This document shows positions 1 through 13,222 of a stretch of DNA of 64,000 nt, piece after piece. A program made the translations under genes and the position numbers. The notes beneath the pieces were generated by a model that ran no database searches, was not told the origin of the DNA, and was given only the letters and a program-made list of their open reading frames with translations. This stretch comes from Mobula hypostoma (lineage: Eukaryota). Position 1 is the first letter of the stretch; each line of letters begins with the position of its first letter. Where the stretch lies: assembly GCF_963921235.1 (NCBI RefSeq), contig NC_086108.1:93870001-93934000 (forward strand), given 5' to 3'.

Positions 1-239
1 TGCAAACAGCTACTTGGAGCTACGGGGGAGAGCTGAGTGTCCGGTGGGGGCCAAAGCTTAGAAAACTGTCCCAGAATTGACATAACAAGCCCCTTTGGAA
101 GAGAATATGGATACTATAATTAGTAAATTTTCAGATGACATCAAAATTGGTGACGCAGTGGAGAATGAAGGTGGTTTCAAAGATTAAAGCAGGATCCAGA
201 TACTTGGGAAGGCGGACAAACAAAAGGCAGGTGGAAGTT

Positions 240-275
240 AGTCCTGACGAAGGGTCTCGGCCTGAAACGTCGACT
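240..275 (+). ncRNA. Minimal type-I hammerhead ribozyme (intact core)
   Basis: AGTC-CTGACGA-AGG GTCTCGG CCT-GAAA-C-GTC^-GACT: stem I AGTC/GACT, CUGANGA and GAAA core, palindromic ACGT minimal stem III. Confidence 0.8.
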
Positions 276-1854
276 GCACCTCTTCCTACAGATGCTGCTT
301 GGCCTGCTGCGTTCACCAGCAACTTTGATGTGTGTTGCAGGTGGAATTTAACTCAGACGAATGTGACTTTGTGCATCTTGGGAAGTTAAACCAAGAGATG
401 ATAGAGACAGTGAAAGGCAGGGAGTGTTACTGACCAGACAGACATTGATTTATTGTCCATAACACCGCTGGTGTTTAGGGCAGCAATGAAGGTCCACCAT
501 CTCTGACGGTGTTCAGGATTTCCTTCACTCAAGTCAATAGCTTCCTCCCAGTTTTCACTACAGTCGGTCATGCAAGTCCCAGGTGGAGACTCAGGAATAC
601 CATTGAACTCAGATGTAGAAGAATTCCTCATTGCTGTTTCCATAACAGTTTTGTTTAACCAGTCAGTGTTGTTAGCACTGAGCTGAACCCCCGAACCTGG
701 AGGACCAGTGGACCACTCTTAGTCTGGCCTCTACCCTTTGACCTGTGTGGCATGGATAACCCTACCAAGAGCCAAAGCATCAAGCCCTGATGCCAGCCAA
801 CGTAGCTCTCTGGGTCACTGAGGCACGCAAGACTCCAAACCCAACAAGAAGGTTGTGGCCCTCTTGGAGGACAGAGGCCTTGGGATAAAAGAAAATATTT
901 CCCTGAAAGTGGTGACACAGGTGGACAGGGTCAAGAAGAACACATATGATGGAAAAGTCACAGGGAGATTAAAACATCGAAGTATACAGTGAAATGAATT
1001 ATCTGTTTTCTTGACCAACACAGACCAGAGGTACGCTGGGGGCAACCCGCAACAGTCGCCATGCTCCTGGTGCCAACATGGAATGCCTAAATGCCCACAT
1101 CTTAGTAACCCTAACCTATACATCTTTTGTAATGTAGTAGGGAACCCACATGGTCACGGGGAGAACATACATTCTCCTTACAGACAGCAGTGGGAATTGA
1201 ACCCAGTTTACCGATCAGCTGAGTTACTAAATATAGGAATTGGGACATTATGTTATGGTTGTAGAGTCTGGTGGCAAGGCTGCAAAAGAGCATCATTTGC
1301 AATTCTGGACTCTACACTATAGGAAGAATATAGAAAGTTGCAGGTGCAATTAGAACATTTAAAAGATACTCTGTCGAGGTCATGGTTAAGAAAAGTTTAC
1401 AGGGATATGGGCAAAATTCTGGCAATAGGTTAACATAGGTAGGCAACTTGGTCATCATGGATGAATTGAGACATACGGCCTGTTTCTCTGCTATAGAATT
1501 CCATGAATTTCTCCAAAAGGCACGTGGACAGAAGTTGGTAACATAATTTCCTATCTGAGTCTGAGTTCTGTCAAAGGGTCTTTGACCTGAAAAGTTCCAT
1601 CTGTTTCTCTTCCCACGAATGCAACTAGATATATAGAACATAAGACAGCACAGTACAGGCCCATCAGGGGAGCAGTTAGGATTAAGAGCCGTGAGAAAAC
1701 GTTGCAGCTCTATAAAACTCTGGTTAATATTGTGTTCAGTTCTGGTCGCCTCATGAAAGGAAGGATGTGAAGTCCTTAGAGAAGCTTCAGAGGAGATCCA
1801 AGTGACAGAAGTAATGCATTTTTCAAAGGTGCTAGCTTGCAAGGCAATCTCACC

Positions 1855-1989
1855 AACACATATACACACACACATATACACACACACACATACACACACA
1901 CACATACACACACACACACATACACACACACACACACACACATACACACACACACATACACACACACACACACACATACACACACACAC
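1855..1989. repeat. Compound (CA)n/(TA) microsatellite
   Basis: Directly visible; further CA/GT tracts at ~10965-11000 and ~22205-22238. Confidence 0.97.
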
Positions 1990-2168
1990 TTCTTCGGTTG
2001 TCCATCGAAATTTGACGATGAAGTCCACTCCTTTAGTGGTGAGATCTTTGGTGACTATACTGTCCTATCTTGGACCCACAAACTATGCAGATGCTGGAAA
2101 TTCAAGCAACACACACAAAAAATGCTGGTGAACGCAGCAGACCAGGCAGCATCTCTAGGAAAAGGTAC

Positions 2169-2204
2169 AGTCGATGTTTCGGGCCGAGACCCTTCGTCAG
2201 GACT
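2169..2204 (-). ncRNA. Minimal hammerhead ribozyme (AUC triplet)
   Basis: Reverse complement reads AGTC CTGACGA A GGG TCTCGG CCC GAAA C ATC GACT. Confidence 0.65.
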
Positions 2205-3031
2205 AACTGAAAGAAGAGATAGTAAGAGATTTGAAAGTGGGAGGGGGAGGGGGAGATTCAAAATGATAGGAGAAGACAGGAGGGGGAGGGATGGAGCCAA
2301 GAGCTGGACAGGTGATTGGCAAAGGGAATACAAGGCTGGAGAAGGGAGAGGATTTTGGGACGGGAAGCCTAAGGAGAAAGAAAGGGGGAGGGGAGGAAAA
2401 ATACCCAGAGGATGAGCAAGGAGTTACAGTGAAAAGGACAGAGGGAGAAAAAAAAGAGAGAAACAAAAGGGGGGGGGGGAGAAAGAAAAAAATAAATAAA
2501 TAAATAAATAAATAAATAAGGGATGGGGTACGAAGGGGAGGTGGGGCATTAACAGAAATTAGAGAAGTTGCTGCATGAACATTAACTTCTCTAACTTCCA
2601 TTAATGCCCCACCTGCTCTTCGTACCCCATCCCGTATTTATTTATTTATTTATTTATTTTCTCTTTTTTCCCTCTCTTTTTTCTCCCTCTGTCCCTCTCA
2701 CTCTAACTCCTTGTTCATCCTCTGGGTTTTCCCCTCTCCCCCTTTCTTTCTCCCTAGACTTCCCATCCCATGATCCTTCTCCAGCCTCGTATCCCCTTTG
2801 CCAATCACTTTCCAGCTCTTAGCTCCATCCCTCCCCCTCCTGTCTTCTCCTATCATTTTGGATCTCCCCCTCCCCCTCCCCCTTTCAACTCTCTTACTAT
2901 CTCTTCTTTCAGTTAGTCCTGACAAAGGGTCCCGGCCCGAAACATCAACTGTACTTCTTCCTATAGATGCAACACACATCAAAGTTGCTGGTGAACGTAG
3001 CAGGCCAGGCAGCATCTCTAGGAAGAGGTAC

Positions 3032-3067
3032 AGTCAACGTTTCAGGCTGAGACCCTTCGTCAGGACT
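3032..3067 (-). ncRNA. Minimal hammerhead ribozyme (intact core, GUU triplet)
   Basis: Reverse complement reads AGTC CTGACGA AGG GTCTCAG CCT GAAA C GTT GACT. Confidence 0.7.
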
Positions 3068-3571
3068 GCATCTGCAGAATTCCTGTTTGCGTTCTTCCTA
3101 TAGATGCTGCCTGGCCTGCTGTGTTCACCAGCATTTTTTGTGTGTGTTGCTTGCATTTCTCTTGGCTGTCTTCTGCTGTCTTTTGGTTGTTCACACATCC
3201 TTTAAAATAGAGTTGTTTTGCATAAAACCTCTGCAATCCTTGATGTTTGTCTTTTGTTTCACTCTTGCATAATGTTTGTACTGGCAGGAGCTCATGTCGT
3301 TCCTTTTTTACAGGCCCTTCGTAAATCAAGTGGTATCAGAGAAAAAAAGCTGAATTGCTCAACATGCGATTGTAAAATCTGCAACCCTGGCTTGGATATT
3401 TATTACTGTCTCATCACTGTGGCTGGCAAACTCCTGAAATTCCTCAACTAGCGGGAGAGTCGTTGATAAAAGCACTAGTGCAATTCACCTTCAACAGGGC
3501 GGTAAATACCAGCACAACACACACAAAATGCTGGAGGAACTCAGTAGGCCAGGCAGCAACTATAGAAATGT

Positions 3572-3973
3572 AAACACAAGATACTCTCCAGATGCTGGGG
3601 TCGAAGCAACACGCACAACACGCTGGAGGAACTCAGCAGGTCAGGCAGCATCCGTGGAAAAGATCGATCGACGCTTCGGGCCGCAACCCTTCGTCAGGAC
3701 TGAAGAGGGAGGGGGCAGAGGCCCTATAATGAAGGTGGGGGGAGGGTGGGAAGGAGAAGGCTGGTAAGTTCCAGGTGAAAAACCAGTAAGGGGAAAGATA
3801 AAGGGGTGGGGGAGGGGAGGCAGGGAGGTGATGGGCAGGAAAGGTGAAGGAGGAATAGGGGAAAACACAATGGGTAGTAGAAGGAGACGGAACTATGAGG
3901 GAGGTGATAGGCAGCTGGGGGTGGGGGCAGAGTGAAACTGGGATGGGGGAAGGGAGGGGGAGGGAATTACCAG
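3572..3973 (-). mobile_element. Penelope-like 3' fragment, different subfamily
   Basis: Variant terminal repeat with a degenerate hammerhead (GAAA>GAAG) at ~3666-3701. Confidence 0.75.
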
Positions 3974-4045
3974 TGGGGTTTAAGGCTGACTGAATGACAC
4001 TAGTGATGACCGAGAAGGAGTGTGAAGGTTTGTTGCTCACAAAGG

Positions 4046-5443
4046 CAGACATCCCACCCTGCAAAAACTCAGTTCAGGGAGGTAGTACCACCATTTTAGG
4101 GAGGTAGCACCCCCGTCCCCCACAACCCTATATCCCCACCCCCGCACGGTTGACCTCCAAGGGTGTATGTAATACTTTGTTCAGTGATTTTGTCTAATCT
4201 GTAAACCAAGTTGGATATATGCAGAAAATGTGACATTAAAATATGTACTTGTATTATATTATATTATCATGTTTATTCTATTACAATTTTTAGCAAGTCT
4301 ACAGGGAGTTTGGCATCATCACGTAGGACATCAATAGAGTAGCTCCTTAGCAGCTAGCCAGCTAGTTTAAATAACGTTAGCTATGCTAATGATCGAATGA
4401 CACCTGTTAAACTCACTTCAACATGTTTTACATTTTAACCCACCATGGGCAATAGAAAAGTCACTGTTGCAAACAGTGCAGTGAGCAACACTGTCATTAT
4501 TTTTGAGGTCGACTGTAAAGCCCACCAACAGAGAAAACTGATAGGTAGGTCTACTTAGCAGGGGCCCGCAATCGTTTTTGCACCCCAGACCGGTTTAATA
4601 TTGACAATATTCTTGCCGACCGGCCGGCCGGGGGTTGAGGGTGTTAATCACAACCGGAATATAGGTGATTAAGTCAATCGCGTCATAACATTTTAAGTAA
4701 TGTTTGGATATTAAACACACAGCGCATATTTTCCCCGTATGAAGATATAAAATCATTGCAACACACCAGTATTGCTGAATCAGTGGGAGCCCTGGGCTTG
4801 TTTTCCTGCAACAAGACGGTCCTATCGAGGGGTGATGGGAGACAGCGATAATCGAAGGGGGTTCCTTATGTCCAGTCTATTCCGCAATTTAGTTTTCGTT
4901 GCATTCATTGCAGAAAACCCCGCTTCACAGAGATATGTTGGAAATGGAAGCAATGTTTTCAGTACTTCCGTGGCTGTCTCAGGATATTCAGCCTTGACTT
5001 TGATCCAGAATGCCGGCAGAGATGTTATGTCAAACATACTTTTCAGCCCGCCGTCATTTGCAAGCTCGAGGAGTTGATCTTTTCCCGTGCTGATGTGGAT
5101 GATTCGCCGGGGACATTCACAAATGGGTCATGGACCCATTCCTTTGCATGTCTTGGGTCACTGATGACCTCGTGTGCGTTCAAATTCAACAGTGCGTGAC
5201 AGGAAATAAGGAAAGGTGCAGCTGACTCATATTGTTTCATATCGCCAAATCATATTGTTTCCTTGTAGCCCAGTGGTTGGGGACCACTCTTAGCACGAAG
5301 AAAGACCAATCAGGATGCTTGCTCTCCCTCTCCCTCTCAAAAAAAATCTATTTCCAGGATATTGTACATAATTTCCGGGCGTCAGGGAGCCACTATTGAT
5401 ATGCAGGAGACTCCCGGAACTTCCGGGAGAGGCTGGATGTCTG
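4046..5443. mobile_element. Same CAGACATCC-TIR family in opposite orientation, carrying the nested Charlie element
   Basis: CAGACATCCCACC ... GGCTGGATGTCTG; internal homology to 29062-29635. Confidence 0.75.
4559..5288 (-). mobile_element. Non-autonomous hAT (Charlie/Buster-type)
   Basis: CAGGGG... / ...GGTTGGGGACCACT termini; dimerisation-domain FWIKVKAEYPE...PFPTYLCEAGFS. Confidence 0.85.
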
Positions 5444-6001
5444 GAAAAGCCTAACAACAGAGGGACCTTAATGCGGAAAAGAGGAGTGAAAACAAAACTG
5501 AGATACAAAACACTGTAGTTGCTGTAAATCTGAAATAAAGAGGATGCAGGAAATGTCCCATGGATCAGACAGCATCTGTGGATAATGTGCCAGGTTCCCC
5601 AGATCTCAGGATTACGCTACCTTGAAGCTGTGGCCTTGATAGGAGCTTTCATTTGGGGCTGCTTTCCAATAAAGTATTGCTTTATTGAGGTATCAATTCT
5701 GGGGACTCAGATTCATTTATTTATCACATGTACATCGAAAAATACAATGAAATTTGTGTCTTGGCAAAGAGTCTCGGCCTGAAATGTTGACTGTTTACTC
5801 TATTCCATAGATGCTGCTTGGCCTGCTGAGTTCCTCCAGCATTTTGTGTGTATTACTTTGATTTCCAGCATCTGCAGATTTTCTCTTGTGAATGAAATGA
5901 GCTGCTTGCGTTTACAAACACAAAGACGTGCTGAGCATAACCCGTAAGTATCACATACATTCTGGCGCCAACATAGCAGTCCCACCATACTGAGCAAAAC
6001 G

Positions 6002-6346
6002 GTGAGAGGCATTGATCGTGTGGATAGTCAGAAGCTTTTCCCCAGGGCTGAAATGGCTAACATGAGAGGGCACAGTTTTAAGGTGCTTAGAAGTAGGTAC
6101 ACAGGAGACGTCAGGGGTAAGTTTTTTTTTTACACAGAGAGTGGTGAGTGCGTGGAATGGGCTGCCAGTGACAGTAGTGGAGGCGGTTACGATAGGGTCT
6201 TTTAAGAGACTCCTGGATAGGTACAAGGGGCTTAGAAAAATAGAGGGCTATTGGTAAAACTAGGTAATTTCTAAAACAAGTACATGTTTGGCACAGCATT
6301 GTGGACTGAAGGACATGTATTGTGCTGTAGGTTTTCTATGTTTCTA
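6002..6346 (+). mobile_element. CR1 LINE 3' end
   Basis: RGIDRVDSQKLFP...RGHSFK; TTTCTATGTTTCTA tail. Confidence 0.85.
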
Positions 6347-7713
6347 AAACAAGCCCCGTTCCTCCCTCCCATCCAACCCATGCACGTGCATGGTCCTCTA
6401 GCTCACAACAGCATCCAGTGGGCTTGCGGATTCACAGACAGTGGGCCTCCGCCGTCCACAGCAAACTCATAGAGATTTGCAGGCTTGGGGCACTGGACAA
6501 TTTATTAGGTACATGAGGTACCTAACAGAGTGGCCACTGAGTGTATTATGTAAAGTTGGACTTTCAGAATATAACCTGTCAGACATTGTGTGATTATTTT
6601 TCTGTGTGGTGTTAGGTACAAAATAGATAATTCTGTTGGTTACTGTGGAAAATTTCTCTACAACTGAACAGTAAATTCATCACCATGGAGAGTGAAGTTT
6701 GAACAATAAATAATGAACAGAATCCAGTGCTCTTTGTAGGTGCAAAGATAAAGGAAGCATTTAAGACTGAGATTCTTATTAATTGAGGGTATGGAGATGT
6801 ATATTAGTAGGCTATTCAGCAACTGAAGAGTTTCACCACTCAGATCATAGTTCTACTTCTTAATCACATTAACTAGCCTTGGTTCCACAACTCTTGGCTG
6901 TCTGAAATATATCGATTTCAGGACTTGCGTTTTCACCAGATTCCCAGGCCTTTTGGGGAAAATTGTTCCTGATTTCTACTACTCTTCCTGTGAAGAGGGG
7001 ATATGCTTTCTTTCAACTCCCCTGTACAATCTCATCCTGAGTTGAAGAATGTGCCCCTCATTCTAAACTTCTTCACTGGGTCCTCTCTGTTTGCTATATC
7101 GAACCTGTGGTGTATGGGATGTCCAGGGAGGGTCAGCACCACTGGTGAAGGGGTTGGTCATGTCCATTCTGGGGCAGCTCACTCACCTTTGGCCTCCACT
7201 GAACACTCAATTCTCACCCGTGGCTCCATGTAGCTGTTTGCTTGTGACAGCGGCCACACACCGGTACACCACTTCGACAGGTGGGCTAAACCAGGTGAGG
7301 GTAGCTGGCAGCCTCATACCCGGGTGAGAAATGGACATGCCTGTCCTAACAGGCAAAGTCAGCTCTGGCAGACTGGGCAGATGAGATCGACAGTTGGGTT
7401 CAACAACCAATTCTGCAACGCTTTGTGGAGAGCGAAGGGCATGATATGGGACAGAATAAGTCATGGTCATCCATTGCAGCCATAAAAAGACCCCAGTTGT
7501 GATAACTTCTTATACCACTGGGGCCGGACTTCCGAGATCAACAAATAGCAACTGCCCCAGAGCAGCAGTTTCTCCACTTTAAAAACCCTCCCGCACAGGT
7601 GCAGAAAACAACATCTAAACACGTTCCAATGCACAACAGAGGAACTGCACAAATCCAATTGTCATCATCGGATATGACAGACTGCCAATCAAATCAATCA
7701 CTATATTGAATCA

Positions 7714-8865
7714 CGCAAACACAAGGAAATCTGCAGATGCTGGAAATTTCAAGCAACACACACAAAATGCTGGTGAACCAGCAGGCCAGGCAGCATCTCT
7801 AGGAAGAGGTAGAGTCGACGTTTCGGGCCGAGACCCTTTGTCAGGACTAACTGAAAGAAGAGATAGTAAGAGATTTGAAAGGGGGAGGGGGAGATCTAAA
7901 ATGATAGGAGAAGACAGGAGGGCGAGGGATGGAGCCAAGAGCTGGAAAGTTGATTGGCAAAAGGGATACAAGGCTGGAGAAGGGAGAGGGTCATGGAAGC
8001 CTGGGGAGAAAGGAAGGGGGAGGGAAGCGCCAAAGGAAGATGGAGAGCAGGCAAGGAGTTTTTGTGAGAGGGACAGACAGAGAAAAAAAGAGAGGGGAAA
8101 AGGAGAAAATAAATAAATAAATAAGGGATGGGGTACGAGGGGGAGGTGGGGCATTAACGGAAGTTAGAGAAGTCAATGTTCATGCCATCAGGTTGGAGGC
8201 TACCCAGACGGAATATAAGGTGTTGTTCCTCCAACATGAGTGTGGCTTCATCTTGACAGTAGAGGAGGCCATGGATAGACATATCAGAATGGGAATGGGA
8301 TGTGGAATTAAAATGTGTGGCCACTGGGAGATCCTGCTTTCTCTGGCGGACAGAGCATAGGTGTTCAGAAAAACGGTCTCCCAGTCTGCGTCGGGTCTCA
8401 TCAATATATAGAAGGCCGCACCGGACGCAGTATATCACACCAGACGACTCACAGGTGAAGTGTCACCTCGCCTGGAAGGACTGTTTGGGGCCCTAAATGG
8501 TGGTAAGGGAGGAAGTGTAAGGGCATGTGTAGCACTTGTTCCACTTACAAGGATAAGTGCCGGGAGGGAGATTGGTGGGGAGGGATGGGGGGAACGAATG
8601 GACAAGGGAGTTGCGTAGGGAGCGATCCTTGCGGAATGCAGAGGTGGGGGGAGGGAAAGATGTGCTTAGTGGTGGGTTCCCGTTGGAGGTGGCGGAAGTT
8701 ACGGAGAATAATATGTTGGACCCAGAGGCTGGTGGGGTGGTAGGTGAGGACAAGGGGAACCCTATTCCTAGTGGGGTGGCGGGAGGATGGAGTGACAGCA
8801 GATGTGCGTGAAATGGGAGAAATGCGTTTGAGAGCAGAGTTGATGGTGGAGGAAGGGAAGCCCCT
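7714..8865 (-). mobile_element. Penelope-like element, 5'-truncated
   Basis: GIY-YIG ORF 8154-8438; 3' repeat; 12-bp TSD TATATTGAATCA (7702-7713 / 8866-8877). Confidence 0.92.
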
Positions 8866-10962
8866 TATATTGAATCAATTACTTTTTTTTAAAAAAACAG
8901 TACAGTTGTAATACTGGCATTTACCCAATAATGTGGAAAATTGTCCAGATACGAACAATTTGGAAATAGCAAAACAAAACCAATCTGTCTGGTTGATGCT
9001 CTGTCAGTTAACACTCAATCATCTGCAAAGTAATGAAAACTGTCACCGACATTGCTATTGAGTGCTACTTATTTAACAATAACAGTCACTGATGCCAAGT
9101 TTGGATTTTACCGGAACCACTTACCACCAGACCTCATCATAGCACTGAGGTGAATTCCAGAGAGACTGTGACTGCCCTGGTAATTAAGGCATTGACCAAA
9201 TTTTCTGAACTGATTCCACAATCTATAGACTCACTTCCACAGATTCCACAACTCATGTTCTCAGTCTTATTTATTTTTTAATTTATTTGTTGTTGTTGAC
9301 CTTTGTTTATGTATAATTTTTCATAAATTTTTTGTATTTATTTTCCTGTAAACTTACTTTGACTTTGACCCTGACTCGGACTCTGAAATGTGCTATCAAG
9401 GCACACTGGAGTCAACAGGCATGAAAGGGAAAACATTCCGGTGGTTGGGACCATGTGATAAGGAAGATGCACATGGTTGTCAGAGGTCATCCGTCCCACT
9501 TCTAGGATATCACTGGAAACAGTTTCTTCGAGCTGTGACTTGGCCCCAACCATTTTCCGCTGCTTCATCGATGACCTTGCTTCCTTCATGAGATCAGAAG
9601 ATGAAGAGAATCACAGATGGTCATGCAATGTTCGTCGCCTGAGCAACTGAAACAACCCATAGCTGCCGACTGCAAGACTGTCCTAAACAATATTTAATTA
9701 AGGACTGGTAAGTGGTAAGTAACAATGAGGCCACATGCACACCAGGTAATGAATAGCAACAGCGAGAGAGAGAGAGTCTAAATTCATGCATTCTGTGGTA
9801 TTACCATTTGCTGAATCCACTTTGATCAATATTTCTGAGGTTGGTAATAACTGGAGGAGCTAAAGATGTCACCAGAGGTTTCTGTGGACCTGTGCGTCTT
9901 CCTCTAGTTTGTCCTCGAAACAGGTGGCTGGGGTCCTGTCAGAGTTCGTGATCTACAGCTGCACTCAAACTGCAGTTCTTCACAGGTGGTGGGTTCTCAC
10001 TCTCAGAACTTGCTGAGCAGCCCGGCGTTCCAATATCTCCAGGTGCGGCCTGGAAGACATGCGCCTTCGGAATGCAGCCCTGTAGATGAGCCAATTCCTC
10101 GTTGATGCCACCAACTGAAGCACCGCGGGAGATTGAAACTTCGAGACAGCAGGCATGCAATTGAAGGAGGGTGAGAGAGCGAGAGAGCAATGTTTCTGCC
10201 ATTCATTCTTCGGGGTTTTCCTGTTTTGTGGATGTCTGTGAGGAGTAAGAATTTCAGGTTGTATACTGTATACATTCTCTGATATCAAATTGAACCATTG
10301 AACTAGGAACTCAACTGGATCAGCCACAAAGTACCAGAGTGACAAAGCAGGTCAGAGGTTGGATATGTTGTCATGACACTCCCATGCTTTTGGCAAGATA
10401 CTAGTTGAAAGCAAGAGTCCAATGTATCACCCAGCCCCGCCACCCTCCACGAGAAGCAGCAAGGGCATCAGAACACCAGTATCTACAGGCCCTGCTCCAA
10501 GTTGCACACCATTATGATGATAAGAAATACATCTCCCATTCTTCATTGTCACTAGGTCTAAATCTGAACTCTCTACTCATCAAAATTATGGGATTACCTC
10601 ACCACAAGGACTATAGGTACACCATCACATCCTCAAGAATATATTCTAGTTTATCATCATGAATAAGCATGCCCAGGATACAATTGTCATGAAAACTAGC
10701 TATTTGCTTCAGCAGCAGTTTATTACAAACGTAATAAATCTAAATTATATAACCTTAAATGAGCATAAATTACATGAGTACATGACTTATGTCACAATAA
10801 ACAAAATAACATAACATTAGCGCAGGTTGAGGGAAATAAAGTCTGAGGTAGGATTAAGGACAATAAATTCTGTCCTTATCAGCAATACCCGTAGTCTGCA
10901 AAGTTAATTATTAAATATCACCAAGTAAATATTAAATACAAGGGGTTCTGCAGATTCTTGAA

Positions 10963-11003
<41 letters not shown>

Positions 11004-12649
11004 CTTAAGGAACTCAGCAAGTCAGGCAGCATCTATTTAGGGGAATAATTTACCCCTCTGTACAGTAGATGCTACCCGGCATGCTGAGTTCCTCCAGCAG
11101 TCTGTGTGAGTTGCACCAAATAGATCTTTTCTTAACCTATTATCAAGCGCATACAGTCCTCAATGTTGTAAATTCTCTTTGCCCAACTACAGATGAAAGC
11201 TAACAACAAGTTGGCCTTTTTAAATCTTATCAAAGTGGCTCACCTAGCTCCACCTTCTCAAGGCAATTGAAGATAGACAGTTGCTGGTGAACGCAGCAGG
11301 CCAGGCAGCGTTCACCAGCAACTTTGATGTGAGTTGCTTGAATTTCCAGCATCTGCAGAATTCCTCGTGTTTATGAAGATAGACAGTAATTCCTGGGCTT
11401 GCCGAAATGCTCACGCCCTCTCAATGAATAAATGTAAGAGACTTATTTTTAGATGAATGATTAGATAAATGTAAAGGTTGCTGAATACGATTGGGGAGGT
11501 CAATTAGCCTCTCAAACCGACTCGGGGAATAGGCTTGAAAATTGACCATTCCAGTGTTCCCAAGGTAAGAAGGTGATAAAACAGCAGTCCTGTAAAGTTA
11601 ATTACCGTTTACTCAAGGGTAACTTTAATTCATTGCAAGGTGCAGGGGTGGGGGAACAGTGTACAGTACTACATAACTTCACTCACCCATCCCAACACTG
11701 GACTGATTCCACAACCTGTGGGCTCACTTTCAAGGTCTCTACAAATTGTATTCTCAATATTTATTATTGTTATTATTCTTTTGTTTTATTCTTTTTTTTG
11801 TATTTGCACAGTTTGTTGTCCGTGGCATACGAGTTATTTGTTCATCTTTGTTGTGTGCAGTTTCTGATTGATTACATTGCGTTTCTTTGTATCTACTATG
11901 AATGCCTGCAAGAAAATGAATCTCAGGGTGACATACATGTACTTTGATAATAAATTCACTTTGAAGTCTAAGTGGCAACACTAATTCATTTCAGTTGGTT
12001 TTTCAAACTGTTGTTTCTCTGCAACTACATATCGATTAAATAAAAGCACTCTCATGGGAGATGGGTTAACTGGTGCATTCACATTTCAGCAGGAGAGATC
12101 AATGTACATGTGGAGACAACAGTCCACATGTAGTGCTAAGGGGAGTCATTGTTCCAAAAGAAATAGATCCTTACAGAACACAAATCATTATAAAGTATTA
12201 AAAAAGGCAATATATTTCAACTTTTTAAAAGCTTGGCATAATTCATAGAAGTTTTTTTTTCCAATACAGCTGCTTGTGATCAAGGACCTTTGTACAAATG
12301 CTAGAGCATGAAAAACATTTTGACTACAGGCAAGGTGATCTTGGTACACTAAATCCAAAGCAACTGATCTGACTGAGAGCAGAGTTACTGCTGAACTGGT
12401 TCTTCTGCCTATTATAGATCATGTCTGGTTATTGACTTATAGAATAAGCTGCCACTCATAGCAGGGAAAGCTGTGTCAGTAGATTCTTCCAGCTTGTCTA
12501 ATTTCTCTTCCAGGCAGTTCCAGAAGATTATGTCCTAGCTGTGGAATTGGCTTCTTGACATTGAAGCATTCTGATGAAGATATCAGAGAACCTGAGTTCA
12601 CCACGTTTGTGTACTTGTTGATTTATTTCTGCTGCAATAAATCTATATT

Positions 12650-12955
12650 AGTGTTGGCGTGTGGCCAAGTGGTTAAGGTGTCGGTCTAGTGATCTGAAGG
12701 TCACTAGTTCAAGCCTCAGCTGAGGCAGCATGTTGTGTCCTTGAGCAAGGTACTTAACCACACATTGCTCTGCGACGACACTGGTGCCAAACTGTATGGG
12801 TCCTAATGCCCTTCCCTTGGACAACATCGGTGGCGTGGAGAGGGGAGACTTGCAGCGTGGGCAACTGCTGGTCTTCCATACAACCTTGCCCAGGCCTGCG
12901 CTCTGGAGACCTTCCAAGGTGTAAATCTATGGTCTCACGAGACTAACAGATGCCT
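12650..12955 (+). mobile_element. tRNA-derived SINE
   Basis: A box TGGCCAAGTGG, B box GTTCAAGCC, central GTGTCCTTGAGCAAGG...CTTAACC. Confidence 0.75.
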
Positions 12956-13222
12956 ATTTTATTTTAAGTCTATATTAAAATCGAGATGTATACTTCTCCT
13001 GCCATTTTTTTACCCATTACTTTTATACAGTGACAGCCGCCCCCCCCCCCAGTTCGAGATTCTCCCACAAGTAGAAACATCCTCTCCACACTTATCCTGT
13101 CAAGACCCCTCCCTCAGAATCTTATGTTTCAATCAGGTCGCTTCTCACTCTTCTCCATGAGAGACTGAGTCCCAATGTCTGCACTCGTGCAAGACTAACT
13201 GGTACAGAAAGGTATATGATAT

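Larger units (their letters stand above)
2085..3153. mobile_element. Composite of inverted Penelope 3'-repeat fragments
   Basis: Minus arm ~2085-2570, plus arm ~2574-2968, a further minus piece 2969-3067 and plus piece ~3092-3153; three hammerhead motifs. Confidence 0.88.

Noticed and set aside
1312..2415. Long ORFs of 238 aa and 192 aa
   Set aside because: They are open only because of the CA microsatellite and a purine-rich Penelope UTR
12650..12730. tRNA gene
   Set aside because: A/B boxes run into a SINE body; no convincing cloverleaf or oligo-T terminator
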